64,000 nucleotides of DNA from Eledone cirrhosa (lineage: Eukaryota): the NCBI GenBank assembly GCA_964016885.1, contig OZ024747.1, positions 67,890,001 through 67,954,000 on the forward strand, given 5' to 3'. Under the pieces are notes generated by a model. The model was not told where the DNA came from, made no database searches, and saw only the letters and a program-made list of their open reading frames with translations. The position numbers and the translations under genes are program-made. Positions within the stretch are counted from its first letter, which is position 1. Every line of letters starts with the position of its first letter. This document shows positions 14,661 to 28,014 of the stretch, one piece after another.

Positions 14661-15339
14661 GTAGCATCAGAGTATGTGTGTGTCAAAGTGCGTGAGTGCA
14701 TGTGTCTATGTCAAAGTGTGTGCGTGTGCGTGTGTGTATATATATATGTGTGTGTGTGTGTGTGTATATATGTGTGTGTGTTTGTGGGTGTGTGTATGTG
14801 TGTGTGTTTGTGTGTATGTGTGTGTATGTGTGTGTATATGTGTGTGTGCGTGTGCGTGTGTGTATATATATATGTGTGTGTATGTATATGTATGTATATG
14901 TGTATGTGTGTGTGTGTGTATGTGTGTATATCTATATATATGTGTGTGTATGTATATGTGTGTGTTTGTGTGGGTGTGTGTGGGTGTGTGTGTGTGTGTG
15001 TGTATATATATATGTATATGTGTTTGTGTATATATATATATATATATATGTGTGTGTATGTATATGTATGTATATATGTGTGTGTGTGTGTGTGTGTTAT
15101 ATTGAGAAATCGAATACTCCCGTTTGATCATTTTTATTAAGGATCTTTCACTCTTCCTTATAAGTTCTTTATAAGTTCTTTACTAGGACATAAAAGATTA
15201 TTCAATATAACGTCTGAAATAAAAGCTGTTTCCTTATACGTACACCCACAAACACACAAACATACATACACCCAACCATATATATAGTTAAATATATGCA
15301 TGTATGTAATTGGATAGACATGGAGGTTGGCATGTTCTA

Positions 15340-15391
<52 letters not shown>

Positions 15392-15394
<3 letters not shown>

Positions 15395-15972
15395 GATGAA
15401 TCTACCAAGAGTTTACGGTAGTGTCCAATCCGTATGAAGAACTCAATGTAATCCGGATATCATGGAAAGAAGAGATGCAATGAAAAATCACTTTCGGTGA
15501 AAGATAAACGGAATACAGAGTCAAGATAAAATATTAAAAAAATAATGAATAAAACAATGAAACAGTTCCTTATATTAAACAAAAAAAGTTCATTATTTAA
15601 CGATCGTTTCTAGGATATATATGTGTTAGAATTGGCATGCATATTCAACAGATCTATGTACAAAATTATACAAAATTATACAAACTATCAAAATTAAATA
15701 TACATACCAACACATATATATGCCGTCTTCAGAAATAATCTTATTTATTATTATTGAAGATTATTTCTGAAGACGGCATATATATGTGTTGGTATGTATA
15801 TTTAATTTTGATAGTTTGTATAATTTTGTATAATTTTGTACATAGATCTGTTGAATATGCATGCCAATTCTAACACATATATATCCTAGAAACGATCGTT
15901 AAATAATGAACTTTTTTTGTTTAATATAAGGAACTGTTTCATTGTTTTATTCATTATTTTTTTAATATTTTA
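15392..15972. repeat. Asymmetric palindrome of two family A pLTR arms, each with a hammerhead motif
   Basis: Long arm 15392-15742 (-), short arm 15757-15972 (+), AT-rich spacer of ~14 nt. Flanked by (TA)n. Confidence 0.92.
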
Positions 15973-16136
15973 TATATATATATATATATATATACACCCA
16001 TGCAAGTGTGGAAGATGGACGTTAAACGATGATGATGATGATGATGATGACGACATTTACGTAGAACATGTCTATCTATTTACATACATGCATATATTTA
16101 TTCATACATACATACATACATACATACATACATACA

Positions 16137-16166
<30 letters not shown>

Positions 16167-16167
<1 letters not shown>

Positions 16168-19100
16168 GGCGACCGTTGTGGTCAGTGTCCGATAATCGGA
16201 CGTGTGTAATTACGGCTTACATGAAGGCAACATACCATATATTGGAAAAAGTTGAGCTACATTACGCGGTAAGATTACATACAATAATTCTACATAAGTG
16301 TTTGAACTGTAAGTGTGTTGTAAAACACCTATTTATATGAACGATACATACACTTATGATATATGAACGATACATACACTTTAACATATAAATGCAACGT
16401 TGTTATATTACATTTATAAAGAAATATAAAAGTAACGTTTTCGATTCAGAAACAAAAATATAAGTGTTTGAACTGTGAATGTTGTGAATATGTTGTAGAA
16501 CACCTATTTATATGAATGATACATAAACTTTAACATATAAATACAGCGTTGTTATATTATATTACATTCGTAAAGGAATATACTAAGTAACGGTTCTTTT
16601 TGTTCTCGATTCAAACGATTCAAGAACAACGTTTAAAACACAGTTGTAGAATTTAAAACTAACTGAAAGGAAATATTACCCAAGCTGTGAATAACTTTAA
16701 ATTTGATTCTGACAGAACTTTGTCGTAACTTTTAAAGAAGATCATCGACTATTTTAAAAAAATAAATACGAGATATTAGTGAATAGACGAACTCATCATG
16801 GCAAAAAGTACAAGTCTCCTTCGACCAAATCGCAATTACAACCGTTGTATACAGTGGAGCTACGAGCTTAACAAAGAATTATATGAAGCATACAAACAAT
16901 CTGAACCCCAAAAGTTCGGTTTTATGCAAAGGCTAAAAACTTTATGGAACTCCAAACACCCAGAATTAGACTTTTCTCCAAAGCATCTAAATGAACAGGC
17001 AAAACGTATCATTAGATGTAAATTGATACATCTAACGGAATCGAGTGATACTACAAATACAGCCCTTGTAGACAACCACCCCACCTCCACTGACAGACAA
17101 AGAGAATGGCCAGCTAAATCTAACAGTGAACAGCTCACCAACAATGTTGCTGAAATCCATCCCACTTCCACTGAAGAACAGCGAGAAAGGTCAGCTGACT
17201 CTAGTAGTAATTGTCACCACATCAACAACGAGGCTGCAATTCATGACTCTACTGAACAAACAGAGCACCAAAAACTTGTGGGCACCCTACAAGTGATATG
17301 GAACGATATGTTTCAAGAGATACACAGCCTTAATGTGAGTGACAGACCATACAACACTAGAGTCAGTAAAGAACCCAGTAAATTGGAATTGGAAGCGGTG
17401 AACGAAATAGCTGGCAATTATCTGAAGGCTATACGATCTAAAGGTGTAGAAACGACATTTGAAACGCTTAATATTTTGTTATATGTTTCAGCTGCCACAT
17501 TGCTATCATATAACACACATCTAAAACCACGCAATCAAGATACAAACAGAAAGCCTGAACCAGCGTGGATGCGAAATTTAAAAACCAAAATTTTGTCCCT
17601 GAGACGAAGTATCTCACACATCGCAGTCGTTATGAAATGCAACATAGAGAGAAACTTCACACGACACCAGGAAGACCTGAAGAAAAAGTTAGAGAGACGA
17701 TTTGGAGATACCAAATTTAAAACTTTGAACTCCAAATTACACCAGTTGAAACAACAACTCACAGCTACAACAGAAAGACTAAAATATAAGTCAACAGCAC
17801 ATAAACGACAAGTGCTAAATAGATTGTTTGCCAGAGATCCTAAATCAGTTTATCGCAGCTTCGGTGGCAAAAGCTCAATCCCTGTAAACGACACCCCTTC
17901 AAAAGAACAGGTTGAGAACTACTGGAGATCTGTATGGGAAACGGATGACGGATTCAACAGACAAGCTAATTGGCTAAAAGAACTGGAACAGGACTACTGC
18001 CAACATGTCCAGACAAAACAATATGACATAGATGGGTCAATACTGGAAACAGCTCTACAGAAAATGTCGAATAGGAAATCGCCAGGCCCAGACCTCATTA
18101 CAGGATACTGGTTGAAGAATTTCACTTTCTATCGGCAAGATCTCATACGGCTGTTTACAGAAACCATTAAGGGCACACAAGAACTGCCCAGATGGTTATC
18201 AACTGCCACTACTCTCCTCATTCCCAAAAATAGCCAAACCACCCTTGCTAAAAATTACCGCCCAATTGCCTGCCAAAACATCATGTATAAATTATATACT
18301 GGGTGCCTTAACCTGTTCTTACAGGATCACTGTGCTACCAACAACATCATAACACCTGAGCAAGCTGGTGGAAAGAGGGAGGTGTGGGGTTGCATAGATC
18401 ACCTACTAACTAACAAAATGATTCAGGAAAAAACAACAAAGAATCGCAGAAACATGACTGTCGTGTGGCTGGACTATCAAAAAGCATTTGATAGTGTACC
18501 TCATGGGTGGATTATTAAGGCTTTATAGTTAGCTAAAGTCCCACAACCATTAGTAGCTGCTGTTGAACGCCTGACCAAGAACTGGTACACCAATTTGATC
18601 CTTAGAGGTGAGAAGGAGCAGGTTAAGACTGATAGGATACATTACCAGAAGGGCATCTTTCAGGGTGATAGCTTGTCAGTACTACTCTTCGGTCTCTCAC
18701 TGAATCCACTATCTTACCTACTCAGGAAACAAGGTGGACAAAGAAGTGGGCCCAGAAGTATCTCCCATCTTTTCTTTGTTGATGACCTGAAGTTGTATGG
18801 GCCAAATATCAATGACATCAAGAAACAATTGGACCTCATTACACAATTTTCAACCGACATCAAAATGAAATTTGGTGAGTCCAAGTGTGCATATTTGGCA
18901 GTAAAACGTGGAAGAGCTATGCCCTCCTCTAGAAATCTAGAGATGAACGGCCTGACAATACAACCTCTGCAGTCAGGTGACAACTACAGATATCTTGGAC
19001 AGGATGAGAATGTCAGATATGATGGACCCATAAATAAGGAGAGAACCAGAACTGAATACCTCAGAAGAGTAAAAAAAATATGGTCATCAGAACTGTCAGC

Positions 19101-20390
19101 ATACAACAAATACATTGCCCACAATACCTATGCTGTGCCAATTCTAACGCCAACATTTGGCCTACTGAACTGGTCATTGCAAGAACTAAGTGAGATGGAT
19201 GTTAGAACTCGAAAACTTCTCAGTGTTACTGGGAACTTTAACATCAATGGTGATGTGGATAGGCTATACTTCTCACGCAAGGAAGGTGGCCGGGGTCTAA
19301 AATCAATATTAACAACATATGAGACCCGGATAGTAACACTGAAGCAACACCTTCAACAGAGGAAAAAGGTTGGCGACCATCTTGCTCAGGTTTATGAGCA
19401 TGAAAAAAGAAATATCATTAGAATAGCGACTGATCTGGAGGAGAGATATGGAATAAAGCCTGATATAAATCTCTCACCCAGAGAAATCGGAAGATCCTAT
19501 TCAATGTTCAAACAAGAAAAAAAAATTGACCAATTTACAGAGAAAGTTGTGCATGGATACTTGAGGCGTAAAACACAGACCATAGAGGGGATAAACCACT
19601 CAAAAAGCCTGGCATGGAGTTCCGACAAGTTTATGACATCACACCTTGAGGGATATCTCTATGCAATACAGGAACAAGAACTCCCTACCAAATATCTGCT
19701 GCACAAAAGAGGAGGGCCAGCAGCTGACAATAAATGTAGGCTATGTAAAACAAAGATCGAGGATGTAAGCCACATTGTTGCCAGCTGCGAAAGAATGTCA
19801 TCTCGCTACTACCTCCCCATGAGACACGATGGGATAGCTAGAACTATCTGGAACGCACTTCGGAAAACAAAATTAACAACAAACGAGGAAGAATATATTG
19901 AGACAGATGGCACTAAGGAATACTGGTGGAACCTGAAAATAAAAACTGCCACCAAATTAAAGCACAACCGGCCTGATATTGTAGTTTGGGACCACACATT
20001 GAAAACGTGTTCTGTTGTGGGGATCAGCTGCCCACTTGATGTAAACGTTGTCAGAAAAATACAGGAGAAGGAGGACATCTACGGACCATTGATGAGGAGC
20101 TTACAAATCCAGTATCCAAGATACACCTTTAGCTTCATACCCATCATTATTGGTGCTACGGGTTATATACCAACCCGCTTGGACCAAAGTATGACCGAAC
20201 TTGGATTTGCGGACAAAAAGCGCAGCTCCCTAATTCATAGTCTACAAATGGCTGCGATAGCTGGTACCTTCAAAATATGCAAAACATTCTTGCGATTCAA
20301 GGGATGACAATTTCTTTTCTTTTACAACCTTGCCACCAGGAAGGTGGCCGGTCAAAAAAATATACTCGAAATTAAGAGAAAGAGAAAACA
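16167..20390 (+). mobile_element. Near full-length R4/Dong-clade non-LTR retrotransposon (RT plus restriction-like endonuclease) in (TACA)n
   Basis: A single long reading frame, with (CATA)n on both sides and a ~630-bp 5' UTR containing an internal duplication. Confidence 0.88.
16798..20307 (+). pseudogene. Dong/R4 polyprotein (~1169 codons) interrupted by one in-frame TAG at 18526-18528
   Basis: KSPGPD, NYRPIAC, WLDYQKAFDSVPH, IFQGDSLS, FVDDLKL, CRLC..H...C knuckle, RHD and RPDIVVWD. The two ORF-track entries are in the same frame with open codons between them. Confidence 0.9.
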
Positions 20391-20473
20391 TACATACATA
20401 CATACATACATACATACATACATACAAACACAGATACATACATACACATAGAGACATACATACATACGTATGC

Positions 20474-20532
<59 letters not shown>

Positions 20533-20533
<1 letters not shown>

Positions 20534-21429
20534 GATGTGTGTCAGAAAAGTTCCAGGACTGATGTCAGAAAAAATTTATTTCAAACTCAACTTTCACACT
20601 AAGAGTTTTCTCCTTCAAAGTAATCCCCCTGGAGTCTAATGCCCTTTTCCAACCTTTTCTGCCACGCTTGCATGCACTCCTGGAAGGATTCTTCCAGGAT
20701 CCTCCGCAGTTCCGTCGTCACGGCCTTTTTGATGTCGTCCACGTCTTCAAAACGGGTTCACTCCGGGTCGTACTCGAAGATCCATGACTCATCACCGGTG
20801 ATGACTGTCCCTAGCAAGTCTGGTTCGGTTTCAAGACGCTCGAGTATGTCCTAGCAGACTTGCATGCGTCGACCCTTCTGGTCATCGTTCAGCAGTTTTA
20901 GCACCATCTTCGCGCAGACTTTCCGCATGTCCAAATCTTCAGTGAGAATCTTCCAGACGCTGTCCCGACTCACGCCCAGCTCATTTGCCATCAGTCGAAC
21001 AGGCAGCCGACGATCGCTACGCACCATCTGCCTGACGCGCTCAACGTTGACCTCAGTCCTGGTTGTTGTGGGCCTACCGCTCCTGGGGTCATCTTCCACG
21101 TCCTTGCGTCCTTCTTTAAACCTCTTGCACCACTCAAAAACACGTGAGCGTGACATCTTCTCATCTCCATACACTTGCTGCAGAAATACCAGTGCTTCTG
21201 ACGGAGTTTTCCCCAACTGTTCGTTGTTCTGTGCTCATTGCTTGACGATCTGAAACAGAGGACATGTATATAAAATTATGAATAAAAAAGTTTGATCGTT
21301 GCAGAGAGCTAAGATTATAGTTACATACTCCAGGGGGATTACTTTGAAGGAGAAAACTCTTAGTGTGAAGTTTGGGTTTGAAATAAATCTTTTGTGACAT
21401 CAGTCCTGGAACTTTTCTGACACACCTCG
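20533..21429 (-). mobile_element. Internally deleted mariner DNA transposon with ~103-bp TIRs and TA target duplication
   Basis: TIRs at 20533-20635 and 21327-21429. Transposase relic: HTH (RSGRPTT), TGDESWIFEYDPE, then a deletion to FEDVDDIKK...GDYFEGE. TAG stop at 20851. Confidence 0.92.
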
Positions 21430-21517
21430 TACATACATGCATACAAACATAGACACATACATGCATACATATACGTACATACATACAAACATATAAACAT
21501 ACATACATATCAGCATA

Positions 21518-22115
21518 CATGGTGGCTGCCAACTCGTTTTCGAGTACGGCCACAACTTTATATCCATGTAGGAGAACCCCTACCGATGCGCTGAACAAGT
21601 GTGACTTTTTAGTCCAGCCAGCGACTTGAAAACTCTGGTACAAACACTACACCTGTGACAATTACTGACACATAGTGCTGGGCCCATGGTACCATGTGAC
21701 GACAAGTGCAGAGAGATCTCCAGATATAAAGCAATGCCTGTGCCGTGAAGCTTTTATAGTGAGCAAAGGCACTGCACAAAGCCAGTCCCACTCTCTTAAC
21801 CAAGATGATATTTACCAAAAAGAAGAACAAGTCAACATCATTGGATACCATCAGGGTTGCAGGTGTTATATCAGAGTTTTCCTTCTCCTAGAATTCTGCC
21901 TTGACAAAGGCTAAGGGGTCATCTCTCCCGGTGATTTTGGATGGCCATTGACTCTTAAGAGCTCCTTTGCCCTTTGACAGGTTTTGTTTTTAGTCCTGCA
22001 GGATGTCCAAAGTCACCCTCCTCACCAAGAAACCTTGGTGGGGTTGCCAGTTTAGTCGCCAATGACCCGACCATGAAACAGGTTGTACTGGGATACATGT
22101 TACCAGTAGCACCAA
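21518..22115 (-). mobile_element. Family S1 RTE-derived non-autonomous element (longest copy)
   Basis: Matches 7031-7440 plus ~190 bp more 5' sequence. (CATA)n on both sides. Confidence 0.85.
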
Positions 22116-22203
22116 CATACATACATACATACATACATACATACATACATACATACATACATACATACATACATACATACATACAAATATACATACATAC
22201 GTA

Positions 22204-25200
22204 CATGATGGCTGCCCTCTCGTTATCGAGTATGGCCATTGCACGAGAAAAAAAAAATATATATATATATATACACACATACATACATACATACATATAT
22301 ATATATACATACATATATACATACACATATATTAATAACAATAATAATAATAATAACAACAACAATAATAATTACAACAACAACAATAATAATATACATA
22401 TACATATATATATACACACACGCACACACATAAACATATCTATACACACACACACACGATTGCAACTAACAGCGCTGCGATCGAATGTGGCTTTTTATAG
22501 CCCAGCCAATGATCTAAAATGTCTTGCACAGAGTCTGCAACCAAAACATTCACTGGGAATAGCCGGCTGTGGTTGGAGTTCATGTACTTTTGCATGTCTC
22601 TTGAGCCCTGCTGCTGATTTACATTCTCTACCACATGCTTGGCAAGCATGATGAGTAGCATCTCCAACAGCAGCCTGGTAGTCAACCACTGGTCTTACTT
22701 TATGACTGCGAAGATGACTTTCGAGTCCAGCTTTGCTTAGGCAGAGTCTCGCACAGACGCTGCATGTCAGCACCAGAGGAGGACCCTCGCCGCCTGGAAG
22801 TGCAACAGCAATGCCCTTCATCACATTCCGCTTTACTTTCTCGTATGCGATTCGAGATGCCTCAAAGGCAACTTTTCCCTCATATACAGTCTTTCTCCAT
22901 TTATTACGATCAGTAGCAATATTTTCCCATGTATCAGCAGAGATGTTAGCGTCTTTCAAAGAGGCTTTCAAGGAATCCTTATACCTCTTATTTGGTTTAT
23001 GTGGCGGTCGTTTTCCTTTAACCAACTCTCCATAAAAGAGTTGTTTTGGTATTCTAGAATCCTTCATCCTGGCAAGGTGACCACTCCAACGGAGTCGTTG
23101 CTTAAGCACAAGAGCTTCTATACTGTAACACATAGAGCTTTCCAAAATCTCGACATCACTGATGTGGTCCCTCCAGTGAACGCCATGGATCCGTCTGAGA
23201 CACATCTGATGGAAACGCTCCAATAGCTTAAGGTGGTGTCGATATGTGCCGCAGGTCTCGCAGGCATAAAGAAGACAAGAGAGCACACATGCCTTGTACA
23301 CCTTTACCTTTGTCCTTCTGCATATGTCTCGCCGACCCCAGAGTCGCCTTTCTAGCTTTCCGAAAGCATCACTTGCTTTCCTAATCCTAAGTGAGATTTC
23401 ACTATCAAGGTTGCTGTATCCTTTGACAGTGCTTCCCAGGTAGACAAACTGATCAACCACTCCAAGTCGTTTACCATACACATAGATATTTGGTTCAGTA
23501 TACTGCTTACCAGGGGCAGGTTGGTACACGGCGATGGTTTTCTTGAGACTGACATTCAATCCTAGGGCAGGGCAGTGCAAGCGTCAGAAATTGCATTCAA
23601 AATGTGCTGCATATCACTCTCTGTGTGCGCTGCAAGATCGCAATCATCTGCATACAAGAGGTCTCTTATGATTGATGTAAATACTTTTGTATAGGCTCCG
23701 ACATGTTACCCCCGACATTAACCCAAGCCTTCATGTCGTCATGGAAAGACCTAACTAAAGCAAGGAACTTATCAGGGCAACCAAGTTTCTGGAGAACCTT
23801 CCGTAATGCATCTCTGTTAACAGTATCAAAAGCTTTTGTTAGATCGACAAAAACCTGATACAGATCCAAGCCTTGTTCCATGCACTTCTCCTGGAGCTGT
23901 CTAGCTGAGAAGATCATATCAGTAGTGCCGCGTCCAGCACGAAAACCAGATTGACTTTCAAGAAGAACACAATCTGCAATGTGTGTCAGCAGACGGTACA
24001 GAAGCACCCTACATAAAACTTTTCCTACGACAGAAAGCAAAGATATACCTCTGTAGTTCCCACAATCATTCCTGTTACCCTTTCCCTTGTACAAGACCAC
24101 CATTACTGCATCTCTCCAGTCCTCAGGTACGGATTCATTAGCCCATATCCTGCCAAACAAATAGTGAAGATGTTGTACTAGGCTCTCACCACCATATTGT
24201 AAAAGCTCAGCATGTATGCCATCCATACCTGGAGATCTTCCACTGTTCAGCTTCGAAATAGCCACTGCAACCTCCACAAGCGTCGGAGGTTCTGCGAGAG
24301 CTACTTTCACAGGACTTTCTGGAGTGAGATTGAGGAAATCTTCACTGACGACAGACGGCTGATTCAAAAGATCATCAAAGTGCGCTCGCCACCTTCGTAG
24401 AATTCCTTGTGAGTCACGAAGAAGTTCTTTGCCATCCTTGCTGCGAAGCGGTGTCACCAGAGAAGAAGACGGTCCATAAACCTCACGCAAGAGACTGTAC
24501 AACAGCTTTGTGTTATTGGAATCTGACGCAGTTTGTATCTCACCAGCCTTCTCACTCCACCACTGATCCTTCATCTGAGAAAGACACCGCCTAACACGTG
24601 ATTTTACATCCTTGAGTTCCTCATGCAACGTATTCCTCTCCTGTGGTTTTGCCGTCAAGTAGCGTGACAGAGCACGCCTCTTATCAGCCAACAAATCTTC
24701 TTTATGTACATCACTCTCATTAAACCAGTCCTGATGTTTTCTCTGCACCAATCCCAGAACACGCCTGCCTACATCATAAACCGACTTTTTAAGGGTCGGC
24801 CAATCCTCACCAAGATCTGCAGCCTACATCTCTTCTTCCAATGTCCTCTTCACATTTTTATCCTTAAGACGAGCAGCATTCAATCTTTTGGGCAGGGCAA
24901 CACCAGGAGCCCGGATTTTACGTTTAGTGATTAGTTTCACTTTTGCGCGTACCAGGCGGTGGTCCGTCCAGCACTCAGCTCCATGAAGAACACGAACACA
25001 CTGCACATCCTGTCTGTCACGCATCCTGACTAGGACATAGTCCAAAAGATGCCATTCCTTAGATGCAGGATGCATCCATGTGGTCTTGAATTTGTTCTTT
25101 TGTTGGAACATGGTGTTGGTAACACACAGATCCAACTCCTCACACATCTGCAGCAGGAGCATACCATTGCTGTTACACTTTCCCACCCCATGCCTTCCGA

Positions 25201-25810
25201 TTACATTCCATGTGTTAAAATCCCTACCCACTCTAGCATTAAAGTCACCAAGCACGATGACTTTGTCTGCCTGAGGGATATTTCTTAAAACACCTTTCAA
25301 GGCATGGTAAAAGGACACCTTTTCTTCATCGACAGAACTCATAGTGGGAGCATACACACTCACCAGGGTAGCATATCTTCCCTTGTCCAGCGGAACTCTC
25401 ATGGACATAAGACGCTCACTAATCCCTACTGGGAATTCTTCTAATTTGTTCACAAGTACAGTCTTAACAGCAAATCCTACCCCAGCCTCTCTTCTGGTTC
25501 CTTCATCTCTTCCTTTCCAGAAGAATGTATATTCTCCACAAAATTCTGTAAGATGGCCATCTCCAGCTAACCTCGTCTCAGATAAAGCCACGATGTCAAG
25601 ATCGTAACGTCGAAGCTCCTTTGCAACAAGAGCGGTCCTTCGTTCAGGACGCTCCAAGGAATCCCTGTCAAGCAGCATCCGTACGTTCCAGCAGCCAAGA
25701 CTAAATGCCTTGTTTGGCTCTATTACAATGGCACGATGACGAGCGGGCCCAGGCTGTGATAACCTGGGGCCCCTGTCCTTATTGCCAATTATCTTTTTTG
25801 TTACAGAACC
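22204..25810 (-). mobile_element. RTE-clade LINE, near full length and degenerate; 3' UTR split by a microsatellite (22248-22455)
   Basis: APE domain (GCWNVR, ALSETR, LGDFNARVG, LLDYVL, TDHRLV), RT (NYRGISLL, FVDLTKAFD, LYADD), and C-terminal QRLRWSGHLARM plus zinc fingers. Confidence 0.92.
22495..25780 (-). pseudogene. RTE APE-RT polyprotein with stops, frameshifts and an internal RT deletion near 23693
   Basis: Three collinear ORF pieces. The RT QG motif is missing between NMSEP and ...IRDLLYADD. A TGCCC duplication causes a frameshift at ~23570. Confidence 0.88.
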
Positions 25811-25924
25811 TAAATTGCCAATTATCTCTTTTATATTGATCTGGAACATCATTGAATTGGAAAAAAAAAAAAAATAGTAATAATAATAGTAACAATAATA
25901 ATAGTAGTACACTATTAATAATGA

Positions 25925-26205
25925 TTAATGCACTCCTGCAATGCCTGTGCGTGACAAATATTTTTAAAGTGAGGAAAGACTGTGCACTGAGCCAATCCCA
26001 TTCTCTGGGCGACAGTAGCTATAACCCGAAAAGAAGAAAAGATCAACATCATCGGTAACTACTGAGCCGCAGGTTTTATGTCGGAGTTAACCCAGTTTCC
26101 TGAGATGCCTTCTCCTAGAAGAATGCCCTGACAAGGGCTAGGGGTTCTTCACTCCCAGTGGTTTAACTGCGCGATCGGGCATCCAGCCTGCTTATTTCTA
26201 TGTCC
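25925..26205 (-). mobile_element. RTE-derived non-autonomous element family S2
   Basis: Near-identical to 55137-55400 and shares the CTAGGAGAAGG motif. Confidence 0.75.
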
Positions 26206-26369
26206 CCGCGCGCGCGCAAAAGAAACAAAAAAAAACTCACTTATTGACACTTATACGTACGACATACACACACGCGCATACATATGCGCGCACATACACG
26301 CATACATACGCGCGCGCACAGCAACACTCATACATACAAACAAACACACACACGCTACTCTACTCACTT

Positions 26370-26455
<86 letters not shown>

Positions 26456-26514
26456 CCATCATTACTGATACAAGATTACAAGATTATGTCAACTGTTGAC
26501 TTTCAAGAGTTTGT

Positions 26515-26685
26515 ATAGTTGAAGCCGTTCGTATTACAGTCCAACAGCATAGAGTTATGGTTCTCCACGCTCTGAGCTTAAATCCCGCCGAGGTCAACCT
26601 TGCCTTTCATCTCCACGGAGTCAATAAAAGAGAGTACCAGTGATGCGCTGGATCCGTGCCAAAAGCAGAAAAATTATTATTATTA
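26515..26685 (+). mobile_element. tRNA-derived SINE (degenerate)
   Basis: B-box-like GAGCTTAAATCCC followed by the family core GCCTTTCATC...ATAAAA...GTACCAGT. Confidence 0.65.
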
Positions 26686-27393
26686 AAGTTGTTTTCTTAA
26701 GTAAGGCCCGGTCGCTGGTGATGGTGATGGCGGCGGTGGTGGTGGTAGTGGTGGTGGTGGTGGCAGTTGTTGTTGTGTTGTGTGCGTGTGTGTGTGTGTG
26801 TTTTGTTATTTTGAGTTTTTTTGTTTGTTTATGGTTTTTTTTTTTTTAATCTTTTGATGCCGCTGTTGTTGTTGTTGTAAATGTTCATTTCAATTCATTC
26901 TGAAGCTGTTGTTTCTGTATATACATACATACATACAAACATACATACATACATACATACATACATACATACATACATACATACATACATACATACATAC
27001 ATACATACATACATACAAATATACATATATGTGCGTGTACTTACATATGTACTTACATAGTTGCAAACAAACATGTTTACATATATACATTAAACGTGTA
27101 ATTTAACTCCTAACTGCTGTTGTCTAAATTGCAGTGAGGAAGCTTTATTGCTTAGGAAACAGCTGCTTTTTGTATTAAGATGACAATAAATTAATACAGA
27201 ATATACTTACATGCACATATATATGCATACATACATGTATACATACATATATGCATAATGCATATATACATACATATAGGTATACATACATACCTATACG
27301 CATAATACATATCTACATACATACATGCATAAAATATACATTCATGCATACATTCATACATACATGCATGCATACATATACACACACTCACAA

Positions 27394-27432
<39 letters not shown>

Positions 27433-27439
<7 letters not shown>

Positions 27440-27610
27440 AGATCTGTACCTGTGATAATTGGGGCTCTTGTATGTGTTACTAACTGCCTCAGTACAAATC
27501 TTGAGAAGCTGGGCTTCACAGAACGAGAAAGGTGCAACTAGTTAGGAAGCTGCAAGTACCGTCTATTAATGGAACTATAAAAATATGTAAAACATTTAAG
27601 AAATTCAGCA
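27433..27610 (+). mobile_element. Dong/R4 C-terminal relic
   Basis: TFRSVPVIIGAL...LEKLGF...GTIKICKTF resembles the end of the 16798-20307 ORF. Confidence 0.7.
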
Positions 27611-27809
27611 TTTAATAACTGCATATACACATGTACAGATGCATATGCATATGCACAAGTATATATATAACCCCAAACATACAGATCCACACATGCAATA
27701 ACATCCATACCTTCACACACAAACATATAAAGACATACATTCGTATTTAACTATGCTATGGTCCCGTGACTCCTGACAGAGTCACTGGCGAGCAGTAGTG
27801 GCATCAACT

Positions 27810-27925
27810 CGGAAAAGATAAAAGGTAAATTTGACTTCGGTGAGATTTGAACTCAGAGCGCAGAGAGACTGAACGAATACCGCAAAGCATTCTATCAGAC
27901 GTTCTAAAGCCAATTCGTCACCTAT
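27810..27925 (-). mobile_element. tRNA-derived SINE fragment
   Basis: AAAGGTAAATTTGACTTCGGTGAGATTTGAACTCAG is the reverse complement of the family head. Confidence 0.6.
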
Positions 27926-28014
27926 TTCCCTAGCTGATGTTGTTTAAATTCCAATGAATGAGTCTGGTTTCTATGTTTGAGCCGAATCACATAAAACCAG
28001 GACATACATACATA

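Noticed and set aside
22020-22115. HDV-like or twister ribozyme at the 5' end of the RTE-derived elements (also 28430-28540)
   Set aside because: The region is structured and conserved, but I could not assign the required pseudoknot pairings by eye. It needs a covariance-model search.
27110-27185. GAAACAGCTG palindrome resembling a hammerhead 3' half (similar sequence near 15215-15235)
   Set aside because: The upstream core is missing, so it is at most a decayed relic.
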